Shown here: piece by piece, positions 8,601 through 17,411 of the stretch
How positions within the stretch are numbered: the stretch's first letter is position 1
Layout: every line of letters starts with the position of its first letter
IMG/VR virus record: IMGVR_UViG_3300034053_000106
Span: 1-35,775 of that record
Length of the DNA stretch: 35,775 nucleotides
Source: a virus
Taxonomy: Duplodnaviria; Caudoviricetes
Direction: 5' to 3' (one strand)
Program-made: the position numbers and the translations under genes
The notes under the pieces: model-generated
Seen by the model: the letters and a program-made list of their open reading frames with translations, nothing else
Database searches by the model: none
What the model was told of the DNA's origin: nothing

Positions 8601-9623
8601 CGCCCACGCCGCCGCGGTGGCACTGGCTGCGGCGACGGCTGCCGCCCCAGCGGTCTGCCACGCGGTGATCAACGCCGGAATCAGGCGGTAGATCAGCACC
8701 GCCAGACCGACCTCGGCGATGCGTTTCAACCACTGCATCACCGTGTCGAGGTTCTGCGCCAGCCACGTCAGCGCTTCGGCCAGCTTCTTGGTGAAGCCGG
8801 TCGACTCGTCGAGCTTGTTGATCCACTGCCCGAAGACGTTGGAGAGGCGCGTAAACGCCTGGCTCACCGTAGCTGGCAGCTGGGCGTATTCGGCGGCGAG
8901 CGTGTCCTTTTGCGAGAGGAGCGCATTGACCACGACATCCGCAGTCAGGCGCCCTTCCTCGGCCAGTTTGCGCAGCCGCCCGATGGGCACGTTCAGGCCA
9001 TCGGCCAGGGCCTGCGCCAGACGGGGGCTGTTTTCGACGACGGAGTTGAACTCCTCGCCGCGCAACACGCCCGACGCCAGCGCCTGGCCGAACTGCAGCA
9101 GGGACGACTGCGCTTCGGTGGCCGACGCGCCCGACAGGCGCAGTGCCTGCGAGATGCTCTCGGTGATCGTGAGCGCGTCCTTCTGCTCGCCACCCAGCAT
9201 TCGCACCGCCTGTTGGAGCTTGCCGTACAGCGTGGCCGTCTCCTGAATCGGCACGCCGATGCGCTGCGCGATGTCGAATAACGCCTTCTGGGCGATGGCG
9301 TACTCGCGCTGTCCCGCGGTGGCGAGTTTCAGGCGCGCGGACATCATGTTCCAGGCGTCGGCGATCTGGACGATCTCCTGCACCTTGCCCGCGGCCCAAC
9401 TGATCGACAGGAAGGCCAGCAACTGCGTCTTGGCCGTCGCCACCTGATCGCCGAAGGCCGACATCCCTGCCTTGACCTCGGCGATGCCAGCCGAGGCCTT
9501 GGCACCGGCCGTCTTGGCCGACGACGACAGCTCGCCCAGACTGCGCTCGGCGGAGATGATGGCACGCTTGAGCCCTTGGTCTGCGCCTTCAAGCGCGACC
9601 AGGACGGAGATTCTGTTCGCCAT
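5601..9623 (-). CDS. Phage tail tape measure protein, C-terminus probably replaced by read-through into foreign DNA
   Basis: Tape-measure domain motifs (QALASGVLRGEEFNSVVEN, LRKLAEEGRLT), long coiled coil, and FAxGG and DTVPAMLTPGEFV motifs. The last ~55 aa (after PMLPGDG) are atypical and Cys/Ser-rich. Confidence 0.9.
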   Translation of the reverse strand: MANRISVLVALEGADQGLKRAIISAERSLGELSSSAKTAGAKASAGIAEVKAGMSAFGDQVATAKTQLLAFLSISWAAGKVQEIVQIADAWNMMSARLKLATAGQREYAIAQKALFDIAQRIGVPIQETATLYGKLQQAVRMLGGEQKDALTITESISQALRLSGASATEAQSSLLQFGQALASGVLRGEEFNSVVENSPRLAQALADGLNVPIGRLRKLAEEGRLTADVVVNALLSQKDTLAAEYAQLPATVSQAFTRLSNVFGQWINKLDESTGFTKKLAEALTWLAQNLDTVMQWLKRIAEVGLAVLIYRLIPALITAWQTAGAAAVAAASATAAAWATANLSVSAAVASVGVLKTAFAVLGAFLVGWEIGTWLSEKFEIVRKAGIFMVEVLVKGIEQLRYRWEAFAAIFTSDTIAEATQRHEARLAQMNQIFGQMYADATKGSEAAKGAMNTAATAAEEIAKRLEAVRQGTQEAVGRGVEAVHSALEKLKSRLGEVDQAVGKANQTVNDATAKMAEAYKGLTALIEANLQRQVEAVKARYEQEKGALNLSKQSEAALIAKSTQLLNDALTQQTTLRRQATTDSLKLIDDESRARVESARRQGQTEEERRANVQRVENEILATKRQTMTQALSEYRQHIDALNAEANRHLVEIRRIEEEKRQLSMTTEERIRDIRRQGMTEYEATEDRKRQIAEYQEKAREALANGEFEQARQLAQKAMDLAAQVASSQTSEAKRSEDARKQSEQAVSQVTQLEAQSREAYRKQEYAQAEALMRQADQLRAELAQKTKDADAQIAQGKDGVNQAIQRIRESEEILNRTLDAEAKAHQTAAQAATTARDQIQQTLTQTEAQIDQITAKLKDGLKVTLDADTTRFDKAIADLDAALAEKEYLLQIQADLQEAEKQLQQYEQLLKEGKTLPVDADVSKAREALDRLKAYADQNAQVELKVATEKAQAAITNVETMILALDRIQTESSHQVASNVDAVRAEIDSLNGHDTSSTHTIYVQKVEVNATGGLVGGGLRRFAEGGVVAPAFPRMTGGSVPGSGHHDTVPRTLEGGAFVIRKAAVRKYGAGVLSRLVNGVARFAQGGAVLFGAGRQGRALGSHARSSRPRLLPEAQGEDSHVSRLRSRIDIAKAELEKLKADLEAHPGKANQIRSENAYYAYWREREALMKAIPEKNAAIKAMELDLAKRMTARPQAFATGGVTVARSDTVPAMLTPGEFVVNKDAVARYGAGFFEAINNLSAPAQALAGRALAGVQGFASGGLVQPIGPALARPMLPGDGRADSFFSAAASICPCAGKPTSTSNCYGGGSRRCSIDSSVGERGAISRALSRYRKV

Positions 9624-9626
9624 GGT

Positions 9627-10271
9627 TCAATCCACCGTCCGGATCTGCTTCTCGATGGCCGCCGACAGGCGCGGTATCCGCTCAGCGACCAGGCGCTCGA
9701 CGTTCAGACGCTTTTTCAGCACAACCTTGGGCACCAGCACCGCAATCGGGACATCCGCGCCGCGCTTGAGGCGCTTGATCCCCTCGGCCTTGCGATAGCG
9801 GCGCTTGAAGCCCGCCAGGGGCCGGTCATGTTCCTTGATGTTCTCAGCCATCAGGACGATGTTCCCCTTGGCGTTCTTGATGAAATAGGCGTTACCGCCG
9901 CGCATCAGTTCGGCGATCTGCGCCTTGAAGCGTTTGCGGCCGACACGCCCGTGCAGCGGAATCAGCATCCGGCCTCCAATGACGCCGCCACGCTCGTGGA
10001 TGCCCGACCACGGGATGCGCGAGCCGACGTAGAGTGCGGGCAGCCGGTTCTTGTCCTTGTCGATCACCTTGGCGGTGAAGCCTTTGAGGAAGGACTTCTT
10101 GACCACCGCCATCTGGCCCGCGACGTGGCTACGCAGGTCCTGCTTGAGTTCAGACGCCTCACTGGCAATTGCCCGCGACACCGCCTTCTGGACCTTGTCG
10201 CGGAACTCGCCGCCCCAGCGGCGTAACTGCGCCTGCGCTGCGGGGCTATCGATGCGAACGGAGATGCGCAT
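9627..10271 (-). CDS. DUF6441-like basic virion morphogenesis (tail completion-like) protein
   Basis: Start MRISVRID at 10271. Basic 214-aa protein in the tail operon. Family assignment is from recall. Confidence 0.65.
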   Translation of the reverse strand: MRISVRIDSPAAQAQLRRWGGEFRDKVQKAVSRAIASEASELKQDLRSHVAGQMAVVKKSFLKGFTAKVIDKDKNRLPALYVGSRIPWSGIHERGGVIGGRMLIPLHGRVGRKRFKAQIAELMRGGNAYFIKNAKGNIVLMAENIKEHDRPLAGFKRRYRKAEGIKRLKRGADVPIAVLVPKVVLKKRLNVERLVAERIPRLSAAIEKQIRTVD

Positions 10272-10563
10272 GGTTGGTGAGTCTGTCGAGGGTCTGGTCG
10301 AGATGGCGGGCATCACCACGTGTGCCGATGGCCACGAGCGACAGCAAGCGCGCGTCGCGGGCCGCGTCGCTGCGGGCCGTGGCAACCACAAAGCCACGCA
10401 CCTGCGCCAAGGTGTAGTCGAGGATGTCGGGCAGGCGGTGGCCGTGCTCGATCAGGTGCTGGATGGTGCTGAACCAGCCATCGCACCAGTCGCCATCACG
10501 GGCGGCAGCTTCGCTTGCGCGAACAGGCCGTCGAGTTTCGGAATCACCGTCCGGGTAAAAAAA
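10246..10563 (-). CDS. Tail assembly chaperone -1 frameshift extension (lambda gpGT-like)
   Basis: The -1 frame is open from the slippery T7 (10557-10563) to TAG at 10246 and has no in-frame ATG. It reads ...WFSTIQHLIEHGHRLPDILDYTLAQVRGF... and is absent from the ORF track. Confidence 0.75.
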   Translation of the reverse strand, partial: FFYPDGDSETRRPVRASEAAARDGDWCDGWFSTIQHLIEHGHRLPDILDYTLAQVRGFVVATARSDAARDARLLSLVAIGTRGDARHLDQTLDRLTNHAHLRSHR

Positions 10564-10859
10564 TCAGCATTCACCTCAATCACCTTGGCCGCGAGCAGGA
10601 TCGCCTCGTCGGCGGCCAGTTCATCCACCCACGCGCGAGGCTTGCCCACTGCGATGGCGATGGCCGAAAGCAGGTCGTCGCCACGTTCACCGAATAGCGC
10701 CAGCCAGTCGATCTCGTCGGCGGTAAGGTGCCGCATCACCGGCGAGATCACCCGCAGGAAGGCCGGCATCTGCCCGACCTTCAGCGGCTTGATGGCCAGC
10801 AATTCGCCACCGATGACCAGATCGACTGCCTGCGGAATCAGGGCTTCCAGATCACTCAT
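10452..10859 (-). CDS. Tail assembly chaperone (gpG-like)
   Basis: Follows the major tail gene, acidic and helical, and contains the GAT TTT TTT slippery site near its end. Confidence 0.75.
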   Translation of the reverse strand: MSDLEALIPQAVDLVIGGELLAIKPLKVGQMPAFLRVISPVMRHLTADEIDWLALFGERGDDLLSAIAIAVGKPRAWVDELAADEAILLAAKVIEVNADFFTRTVIPKLDGLFAQAKLPPVMATGAMAGSAPSST

Positions 10860-10870
10860 GGCGGCCCCCA

Positions 10871-11623
10871 TCAGATCTGGACGATGCGGCCGAACTGGCC
10901 CAGCACCGCATCGAAGGGTTTCGTGGAGTCGGCCAAGAGCGAGCCTTCGAGCTCGAACTTGTTGTACTCGTCCGAGATGAAGGAGATTTCCTTCAAGGGG
11001 TCAAACGCCACGCGGTAGAGCTCGACCAGCACCTTAGCGTTGCCCTGCGCAGTGTTGATGCCTTCCAGCCGCAGGTAACGTTCGGGCAATGCCTGCGTGA
11101 AGATGCCAATCTCGGTGGCGATCCCGTAGCTGTAGGCTGCCTTGAACGGTGCAGTAAAGCCGGAGGTGTCCAGAAACTGGATGGCGCCGAAGTCGAGATC
11201 AGCGGTGTAGTGCGTACCCGCAGTGAGTGTGGCGGGCGTACCCGCAGAATCGGTGACGACCAGGGATGACACCTTCGGGTGCGCCAGGAAGTAGCGGTCG
11301 CCCGGGGTCGGCGTCGCGCCGCCCACCGGTTCAGCGGTGACCGTGCCGCCGGTGCCGGTGACATGGTTGCCGTAGAGGGCGAGCGCGAGATTCTCCTTGG
11401 TGAATTCCTCGATGGTGAGGTTCACGGTCGCCGACTTCTGCTTGACCATCCGGTGATCCAACGAACGCTGGCCGGTCTGGCTCTCATAGTGCTCCAGCAC
11501 GTCGGTCTTGAGGGAGAGCTTCAGCTCGGCGACGTTGCCGGGCGAGCGCACTTCGATGGGTAGCCCCCCGGCGTCGCGTTTGCCGAGAAAGACCCGCCCT
11601 TGAAAGGAAGCGTAGGTACTCAT
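10871..11623 (-). CDS. Major tail tube protein
   Basis: Beta-rich 250-aa protein (QGRVFLG, GNVAELKL, NLALALYG, FELEGSLL) between the tail terminator and the chaperone. Confidence 0.8.
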   Translation of the reverse strand: MSTYASFQGRVFLGKRDAGGLPIEVRSPGNVAELKLSLKTDVLEHYESQTGQRSLDHRMVKQKSATVNLTIEEFTKENLALALYGNHVTGTGGTVTAEPVGGATPTPGDRYFLAHPKVSSLVVTDSAGTPATLTAGTHYTADLDFGAIQFLDTSGFTAPFKAAYSYGIATEIGIFTQALPERYLRLEGINTAQGNAKVLVELYRVAFDPLKEISFISDEYNKFELEGSLLADSTKPFDAVLGQFGRIVQI

Positions 11624-11808
11624 GACTGGGGTTCCTTACGTTGAAGAGGTTTGGGTGTAGCGTCGGATTTCGAGGGCTCAGCGAACGGTGCTGCGACGCC
11701 ATGGGCGATCAGCCAGTCGGCCGTGCTGGCCTCGACTTCAATGCGTTCGCCGGCCTCGAAGGCCTGGCCCGCGTGCGTATGCGGGCGTTTCAAGACAAGG
11801 TGGGGCAT
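11620..11808 (-). CDS. Small hypothetical phage protein (62 aa)
   Basis: HTHAG...ADWLIAHG motif. Its stop overlaps the major tail start (ATGA). Confidence 0.7.
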   Translation of the reverse strand: MPHLVLKRPHTHAGQAFEAGERIEVEASTADWLIAHGVAAPFAEPSKSDATPKPLQRKEPQS

Positions 11809-11814
11809 GGGGTT

Positions 11815-12261
11815 TCATCCAGGGGTTGAGAGATCGTGGGCCAAGGTCCGATACGTGATCGCGTAACGCGCGGGAATCGCGGCGGCCACCGCGTCGGCGT
11901 CCTCCACCTCCCACTCGCACTCCTGCTCGCGGATCCCGAGACACAGCCCGCCCAGGTTGGGGTCCGCCATCAGCGCCGCGTGGGCCGCGGTGAGCAGACG
12001 GTCCGCTTCGGTCTCGGGGAGCGTGGGGGGCACGGCGCGAGCCAGCGCCACCACGCGGAGGGTGAGCTCACGCGCGACGCGATCATTCGCACGCTCGGTG
12101 ATGGCCTCCCCTTCCGGGAACACCACCAAGGCCGGGCACTGCTCGCGGCCCAGCGCCACCGTGGGCGAACGGTGGACGCCGGCGCCGAGCGATTGTGCTG
12201 CCGGGCGGACAGCCGCCATCACCGCCAGCAGAATCTGCTCGCGGATCGAGTTGCCCACCAT
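11815..12261 (-). CDS. Tail terminator (lambda gpU-like)
   Basis: Position, size and motifs (SIREQIL, CPALVV, YAITYRT). Confidence 0.65.
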   Translation of the reverse strand: MVGNSIREQILLAVMAAVRPAAQSLGAGVHRSPTVALGREQCPALVVFPEGEAITERANDRVARELTLRVVALARAVPPTLPETEADRLLTAAHAALMADPNLGGLCLGIREQECEWEVEDADAVAAAIPARYAITYRTLAHDLSTPG

Positions 12262-12264
12262 GGG

Positions 12265-12567
12265 TCAGATCCGGGTGAGTTTCGCGCACCGTTCCGAGCC
12301 GTCGCCCACGGCCCGGATGTCACGCACTTGATAGGGCTGGCCGTCGATCTCGACGACCTCCCGTACCGACAGCCCCACGAAGGTGCTGGACGGATAGATC
12401 ATCTCGTAGTCGGTGCTGAGCGCCAGCCCATCGAGGCGCGTTTCATCCGGCGCGTTGAAGCCCACCGGATGCGTTTGCGCGAGTGCCCCATCACCGGGGC
12501 GCCAGGTGCAGGATCTGAGTAAGCCTGCCCGATCGGCCGCCTGGTACAGCTCGTCGATCAGTCCCAT
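12265..12567 (-). CDS. Head-tail joining protein (gpFII-like)
   Basis: Start MGLIDELY at 12567. 100-aa beta-rich protein with IDGQPYQV motif, directly after the capsid gene. Confidence 0.7.
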   Translation of the reverse strand: MGLIDELYQAADRAGLLRSCTWRPGDGALAQTHPVGFNAPDETRLDGLALSTDYEMIYPSSTFVGLSVREVVEIDGQPYQVRDIRAVGDGSERCAKLTRI

Positions 12568-12569
12568 GT

Positions 12570-13574
12570 TCAAGCCATCGTCAGCTTGACCAGCACGCCG
12601 GGGCGATGGCACATCGGCAGCGGGTTGGACTGGGTGTGCAGATCGGTGCCACGATCGAATTTGCGCGGCTCCTGCTTGGCGTAGAGGGGCTGGCCCAGGG
12701 TGTTGGCCGTCTCGTTGAAGTCCGCGGGCGCAAAGTAGGTGCCGAAGGTGTCGATCGTGCCCAACGGGAAGGCATGCGCCTCGCCGGCCGCGATGAAGCG
12801 GCGACTGGTGCCATTCGCGTCGGTCGCCTGGCCGCGGTACTCCTCGAAAGTGAGTCCCCCGAAGGTGAAGCTCGATCGCATGTCGTTGATCAGCACCACG
12901 CCCTGCTGCCAGTGCGTGTAGGCCTGCTCGACCTTGGCGTGGCCAGTCAGCGCGTCCATGAACTCTGGCGAGCACAGCACATGAATCCCAGTCATGTACT
13001 CGCCCTTGAGGCTGTCCTCCATGTGGCGCAAGACTTCAGCGCATTTCTTCTTGACCGCGGTGTTGGCGTTGCCGAGTTCGAAGTTCACGGTGGTCGGCGT
13101 GATCTCGAACTCATCGTAGAGGTTGTAGATCGTCGAACCATCGGCATCGAGAATCACCCCTTTGAGCGCGCCCATGCGCAGGTGCTCCAGGGTGATGGCG
13201 TGCTTGTTGCGCATCGTCTCGAGATGGCGCGCCATCACGCCGGCGATCGACTCCATCTCGGTCTCGGAGCCGAAGGCGCGCAAGCCCTGCACCTCCTCGG
13301 GCAGCACCACGTCGTCGTGCGGGATGTGCGGGATGACGAAGGAGCGCACCTTGCGCTTGGCACGCGTACCCACCGTCCCCGGCGAGCCAGGCGGCAGCGA
13401 GGGCAAGAGGTTGAGCACGCCATTTTGCTCTTCGACGACGACCTGGCGAGTGCGCACCGGCTTCGCCGGAAAGAGCCGCAGTTCCTCCATGCGACCGTAG
13501 CGATTGGGAATGATGTTGATGGCCGCCGTCATCGAGGCCATCGAGAACGCGGGGTTGTGGAAGGGGTTTTGCAT
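12570..13574 (-). CDS. Major capsid protein (lambda gpE-like family)
   Basis: Start MQNPFHNPAF at 13574. Motifs TLEHLRMGALKG and HTQSNPLP. Follows the decoration gene. Confidence 0.9.
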   Translation of the reverse strand: MQNPFHNPAFSMASMTAAINIIPNRYGRMEELRLFPAKPVRTRQVVVEEQNGVLNLLPSLPPGSPGTVGTRAKRKVRSFVIPHIPHDDVVLPEEVQGLRAFGSETEMESIAGVMARHLETMRNKHAITLEHLRMGALKGVILDADGSTIYNLYDEFEITPTTVNFELGNANTAVKKKCAEVLRHMEDSLKGEYMTGIHVLCSPEFMDALTGHAKVEQAYTHWQQGVVLINDMRSSFTFGGLTFEEYRGQATDANGTSRRFIAAGEAHAFPLGTIDTFGTYFAPADFNETANTLGQPLYAKQEPRKFDRGTDLHTQSNPLPMCHRPGVLVKLTMA

Positions 13575-13591
13575 GAGAGGGCTCCCGGCGA

Positions 13592-13981
13592 TCAAGCGCC
13601 GCTGCGCACCAGGACACCCAGTGCTTTGAGTTGGAGGATGGCGTCTTGCTGCTCGGCCGCGGCCATGCCGGTCGGCCATTGCAGGGCGTGGTCCGACACG
13701 ATGGCGTGGCGTGCCACCATCAGACCGTCGTGGCGATCGGCCAGATGGGCGTCCGCGTCTTGCATCAGCACGCCTGCCGCGTACTGACTGCCATCGGTCG
13801 CCGACGGGTCGATCTGCTTGATCTTGCCGGTCGCAGTCACCGCCCCAACCACCGTGCCCAGAGGCAAGGTTTGGCCAGCGGCAACCGTGACGCGCTCACG
13901 CGAGTACAGGTTCGGGGCCTCGTACTTGAGGAGATCCCCGAGGTTCATCGGTTCATTCAGGACAGGCAGCGAAGTGGCCAT
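13592..13981 (-). CDS. Head decoration protein (gpD-like)
   Basis: YSRE..., GTVVG, DGSQYAAGVL motifs, between the protease and capsid genes. Confidence 0.85.
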   Translation of the reverse strand: MATSLPVLNEPMNLGDLLKYEAPNLYSRERVTVAAGQTLPLGTVVGAVTATGKIKQIDPSATDGSQYAAGVLMQDADAHLADRHDGLMVARHAIVSDHALQWPTGMAAAEQQDAILQLKALGVLVRSGA

Positions 13982-13999
13982 AGCGGTCTCCGTTCAGGG

Positions 14000-14353
14000 T
14001 CAGTGCTGGGCCAGGCGGCTCTTGACGGCCTGGACCAGGGGGTTGTGAGGCGAAGCGGGATGGCCGGCTTGGGCGGTTGCCATCGCCGCTTGGGGATCGA
14101 TACGGCTCACGATCTCGGGGGAAGCCTCTGCTTGAGCGGCGAGCAGTTGGCTGCGCACCTGCGCGGGCGAGGACTGCGCTTCGAGAAAGCCCGCGATCAG
14201 GTCGGTGCGCCCCGCGAGCGTGCAGGTCTGGGCGATTTCGACGGCGTCGGACACGGTCATGGCTGTGCTCACGGCGGTTGCCGAAGGAACGGCGCTGACG
14301 CGCTGCTCGATAGGTGCGGGCGCTTGCTCTTGGGCGTGCGTGGGTTCTTGCAT
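14000..14353 (-). CDS. Putative nested in-frame scaffold protein (Nu3-like)
   Basis: Internal AGGAG-N7-ATG (ATG 14353) in frame with the S49 gene, just after a Pro-rich linker. Confidence 0.55.
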   Translation of the reverse strand: MQEPTHAQEQAPAPIEQRVSAVPSATAVSTAMTVSDAVEIAQTCTLAGRTDLIAGFLEAQSSPAQVRSQLLAAQAEASPEIVSRIDPQAAMATAQAGHPASPHNPLVQAVKSRLAQH

Positions 14354-15253
14354 GGAGATCTCCTGATGGAGGTTGGGGGGTGGCCCGGATGGATCGCGTG
14401 CCATCTGTGCCAAGGGAGTCAGGGGAGGCAGGACGGTGGCGCGCAACGCGTCGAGTGCGTCCTCGATCGTGCCGATCGCATCGGCCAGCCCAGCGGTAAG
14501 CGCGGCCTGTCCGAAGAACAGCCCGGCTTCGGTGTCTCGCACCCTCACGGCGTTCATCCCGCGGTTACGGGCGACTGTTTCCACGAAGAGTCCGTAGATC
14601 CGATCCACCTCCGCGCGCAAAAACGCGTGGGCTTCGCTCGTGATCGGCGCATGCGGATTGAGGTCGTTCTTGCGCTCGCCGGCGAACACGGTGGTGTAGC
14701 GCACCCCGTCCTGGGCATCCTTCTCGGACTGATCGACGTGCATCGCGATGACGCCAATCGAGCCCACGCCCCCGGTGCGCGAGACGAACACCCTGCTCGC
14801 AGCAGAGGCCAGGGCATAAGCGGCGGAGAACGCCATGTCGTTGGCCACGGCCCACACCGGCTTCACCTGGGTGGCTGCGCGGATACGGTCAGCCAGATCG
14901 AACACCCCGCCCGACTCGCCCCCGGGCGAATCGATGTCGAGCAAAATCGCGGCGATCTCGGGATTGGCCAGCGCGGCATCCAACTGCGCGGCGAGCTGGG
15001 CGTAACTCGTCAGACCGGACTCGGCCTCCAGGCCGACCGTGCGGCGAACCAAGGTGCCGTGGATCGGGATCACGGCCACCCCGGACGGCTGGATCGCCGT
15101 CGAGCGCGTGGGCGCCGTGAAGCCGGCCGGCGCAGCCAGATCCGCCACGCCTACCCGAGGGCCGAGCACAGCCAGGATCACATCGAGTTTTGGGCGATGG
15201 ATCGCCAGCGGCACACCGAACAGGCGCGCCGCCAAGTGAGGCAATAAGGTCAT
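14000..15253 (-). CDS. S49 family prohead protease (gpC-like)
   Basis: IDSPGG, AFSAAYALAS and VGSIGV motifs. Confidence 0.9.
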   Translation of the reverse strand: MTLLPHLAARLFGVPLAIHRPKLDVILAVLGPRVGVADLAAPAGFTAPTRSTAIQPSGVAVIPIHGTLVRRTVGLEAESGLTSYAQLAAQLDAALANPEIAAILLDIDSPGGESGGVFDLADRIRAATQVKPVWAVANDMAFSAAYALASAASRVFVSRTGGVGSIGVIAMHVDQSEKDAQDGVRYTTVFAGERKNDLNPHAPITSEAHAFLRAEVDRIYGLFVETVARNRGMNAVRVRDTEAGLFFGQAALTAGLADAIGTIEDALDALRATVLPPLTPLAQMARDPSGPPPNLHQEISMQEPTHAQEQAPAPIEQRVSAVPSATAVSTAMTVSDAVEIAQTCTLAGRTDLIAGFLEAQSSPAQVRSQLLAAQAEASPEIVSRIDPQAAMATAQAGHPASPHNPLVQAVKSRLAQH

Positions 15254-15262
15254 GGGATTCCT

Positions 15263-16798
15263 TCAGTCCTTCGAGGTGTTGCCCGTGGGTTCGGCGTCGT
15301 TGTGGGGGTCGGCGGCGCTCTGGTTCGGCTCGGCCGCAGCGGTCAAACTCCCGCCATCCTTGGCTGTGCGGCGCGGGTCGGAATCGAAGACCAGCCCAAG
15401 GCCGTCGGCGCGCTGGTTGTCGGCGGCGATCTCTCGATCGACGTCTTCGGCGTCGTAACCGAAGGCCGAGATGGCCTCCGAGCGGCTCATCAGACCAGCG
15501 CGGATCGCCAGCAACATCGCCTTGAACTCTTTCTCGGGATCGACCCACTGCCAGCCCTGCGGAATCCACTTCGCCTGCAGGTACTGACGCCGGCGAGCAG
15601 GGCCGCCGCGCGCAAACCCGGGGGCATCGAGCGCCCCGGCGATCACCGCCTGCTTCATCCAGGCTGCCCACACCGGGCGACACAGTTGATGGACCAGCAC
15701 CCCGTGCTGGACCATCTCGCAGCGCCGCCGGAACTCCAGCATCCCCGCGCGAATGGACGAATAGTTCACACCGGTCAGATCCCCGGTCAGTTGCTCGTAG
15801 GTCACGCCAATGGCGGCGGCGACCGCGCGGAACTGGTTGCGCAGGAACTCCGAGTACGAACCGCCCACGTCTGCCGGATCGGAGAACTTGATGTCCTCGC
15901 CCGGCTCCAGAATCTGCAGCGTTCCCGGCTCGAGCCCGGCAAGCGCGATGCCGTTGGCGTCGGCCAGTCCTTCGCCCATCAGGTTGTCTTCGGGGTTCTG
16001 GCGGGTGACAAAACCGGCGAACATCGCAGCGGTTTTTTTGCGCACCAGTTCAGCGTCGTCGTACTGGTCGAGTTCGTTGAGCTTGACCAGCGCCCGCGAG
16101 AGCCACGGCTCGCCCCGAATCTGCCCCGGGCGCAGCACGCGGTAGAGGTGAAGGATCTCCTTGGCGTCGATGCGCACCGTGTCCATTCCACCCTGCCCCG
16201 ACATCGGCGCCAAGCGGCCATCCTCGGGATGGGACTTGTAGAGGTGGTAGGCGACACGGCGTCCCAGCGCATCGAACTCGATCCCGGCGCGCACGACGTT
16301 CCCAGAAGGCAACTCGGTGTTCAGATTGATCGGCAGGTGCTCGGCTTCGAGCAACTGCAGCTGCAAAGGCACGACCAGGCCATCCTCCGGGCGACGTGGC
16401 CGCAACCGAATCAAGCACTCCCCGCCTTCGAGCATCGCCCGACAGGCGAGCGCCTGCAGCCCGTAAAAGTCGGTCTGCCCCGCCGCATCGGCTTCCTCCA
16501 CCCAGTCACGCCACAACGCTTGTACCTGCGTCTTGAAGCGCTCATCGCTCGCCAGACTCTGCGGCTTGATGCCGGTGCCGACCGCGTTGGCCACGAAGGC
16601 CTCGATGCCCGACTGGGCCCAGGCATTGCGCCGGACGAGGTCGCGGCTCTTGATGCGCAATTCGGTGCTGGTGGCCAGGAGCGCCGCCACCGCCCCCGGA
16701 TTGCCGGGCATCCAGGCGAGCGAGCGACGCCCCTGGCCTGCGGCTTCGTGCACCGGCGACTTGCCGAACAGACTGCGGATTTTCGAGAACCAAGCCAT
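15263..16798 (-). CDS. Phage portal protein, lambda family
   Basis: Start MAWFSK at 16798. Motifs SRDLVRRN, RPGQIRGEP, NYSSIRAG and WVDPEKE. Confidence 0.92.
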   Translation of the reverse strand: MAWFSKIRSLFGKSPVHEAAGQGRRSLAWMPGNPGAVAALLATSTELRIKSRDLVRRNAWAQSGIEAFVANAVGTGIKPQSLASDERFKTQVQALWRDWVEEADAAGQTDFYGLQALACRAMLEGGECLIRLRPRRPEDGLVVPLQLQLLEAEHLPINLNTELPSGNVVRAGIEFDALGRRVAYHLYKSHPEDGRLAPMSGQGGMDTVRIDAKEILHLYRVLRPGQIRGEPWLSRALVKLNELDQYDDAELVRKKTAAMFAGFVTRQNPEDNLMGEGLADANGIALAGLEPGTLQILEPGEDIKFSDPADVGGSYSEFLRNQFRAVAAAIGVTYEQLTGDLTGVNYSSIRAGMLEFRRRCEMVQHGVLVHQLCRPVWAAWMKQAVIAGALDAPGFARGGPARRRQYLQAKWIPQGWQWVDPEKEFKAMLLAIRAGLMSRSEAISAFGYDAEDVDREIAADNQRADGLGLVFDSDPRRTAKDGGSLTAAAEPNQSAADPHNDAEPTGNTSKD

Positions 16799-17019
16799 CA
16801 GAACCCCTTTGAGGTGGTGACGCGGATCTGGCGCGGGGCGCCGGGCCACAGCCCCGTCTCGGCAGCCTGCTGCGCCAAGCCGCGCCTAACCTCCCGGATG
16901 GCCTGCGTAAGTTCTTCGATCGAGCGGTACTCGACCGTCTTGTCTCCGAAGCTCACCCGACGCTCGCCCTTAGCCAAGGCCGCTTCAAGTGCATGCAACT
17001 GGGTTTCCGTGTAGGCCAT
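16798..17019 (-). CDS. Head completion/adaptor protein (gpW-like)
   Basis: 73 aa with the GERRVSFGDKTVEYRS motif, immediately upstream of the portal gene. Confidence 0.85.
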   Translation of the reverse strand: MAYTETQLHALEAALAKGERRVSFGDKTVEYRSIEELTQAIREVRRGLAQQAAETGLWPGAPRQIRVTTSKGF

Positions 17020-17411
17020 CAGCGGTACACCACGAGGTTGATTTCAGCGGAGTCGCCGAACGACGTCTGGGATGTGGCACACACGACATCGACGAACTCG
17101 GGCGTTTTAAGATCGGCGCTGGCACGCACAAGGGCGTTGCGCTGTTGGCCGCTGTCGGTGTTGCTTCGGGCCCAGGCTGTCCAGGCGTAGTCGGCATCCG
17201 GCAGCGGCGTGTCAAAGTGCACCCGGTAGCGGCCTTTACCGAGGCGGATCACGGCCGCCACGTTGTGGGCACTGCGCAGGATCACTTGGGCGTCGACGAT
17301 GCCGAAGCACACCCAGGCCCGAGCCACGCCTGGATGGTCAGCGCCAATCTTGCGTTTGACCTCCAGCCCCAGCCGGGTGGCCAGTGCTTCGAGGCGTTGA
17401 ACGAGGCTCAT
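17019..17411 (-). CDS. Hypothetical virion protein (fibre/appendage-like beta domain)
   Basis: ARAWVCF...NVAAVIRLGKGRYRVHF resembles fibre C-terminal domains. Translationally coupled on both sides. Confidence 0.55.
   Translation of the reverse strand: MSLVQRLEALATRLGLEVKRKIGADHPGVARAWVCFGIVDAQVILRSAHNVAAVIRLGKGRYRVHFDTPLPDADYAWTAWARSNTDSGQQRNALVRASADLKTPEFVDVVCATSQTSFGDSAEINLVVYR

Noticed and set aside
5601-9623. Diversity-generating retroelement or retron linked to the tail region or the candidate RNA
   Set aside because: No reverse transcriptase motifs and no template/variable repeat pair seen in the window.
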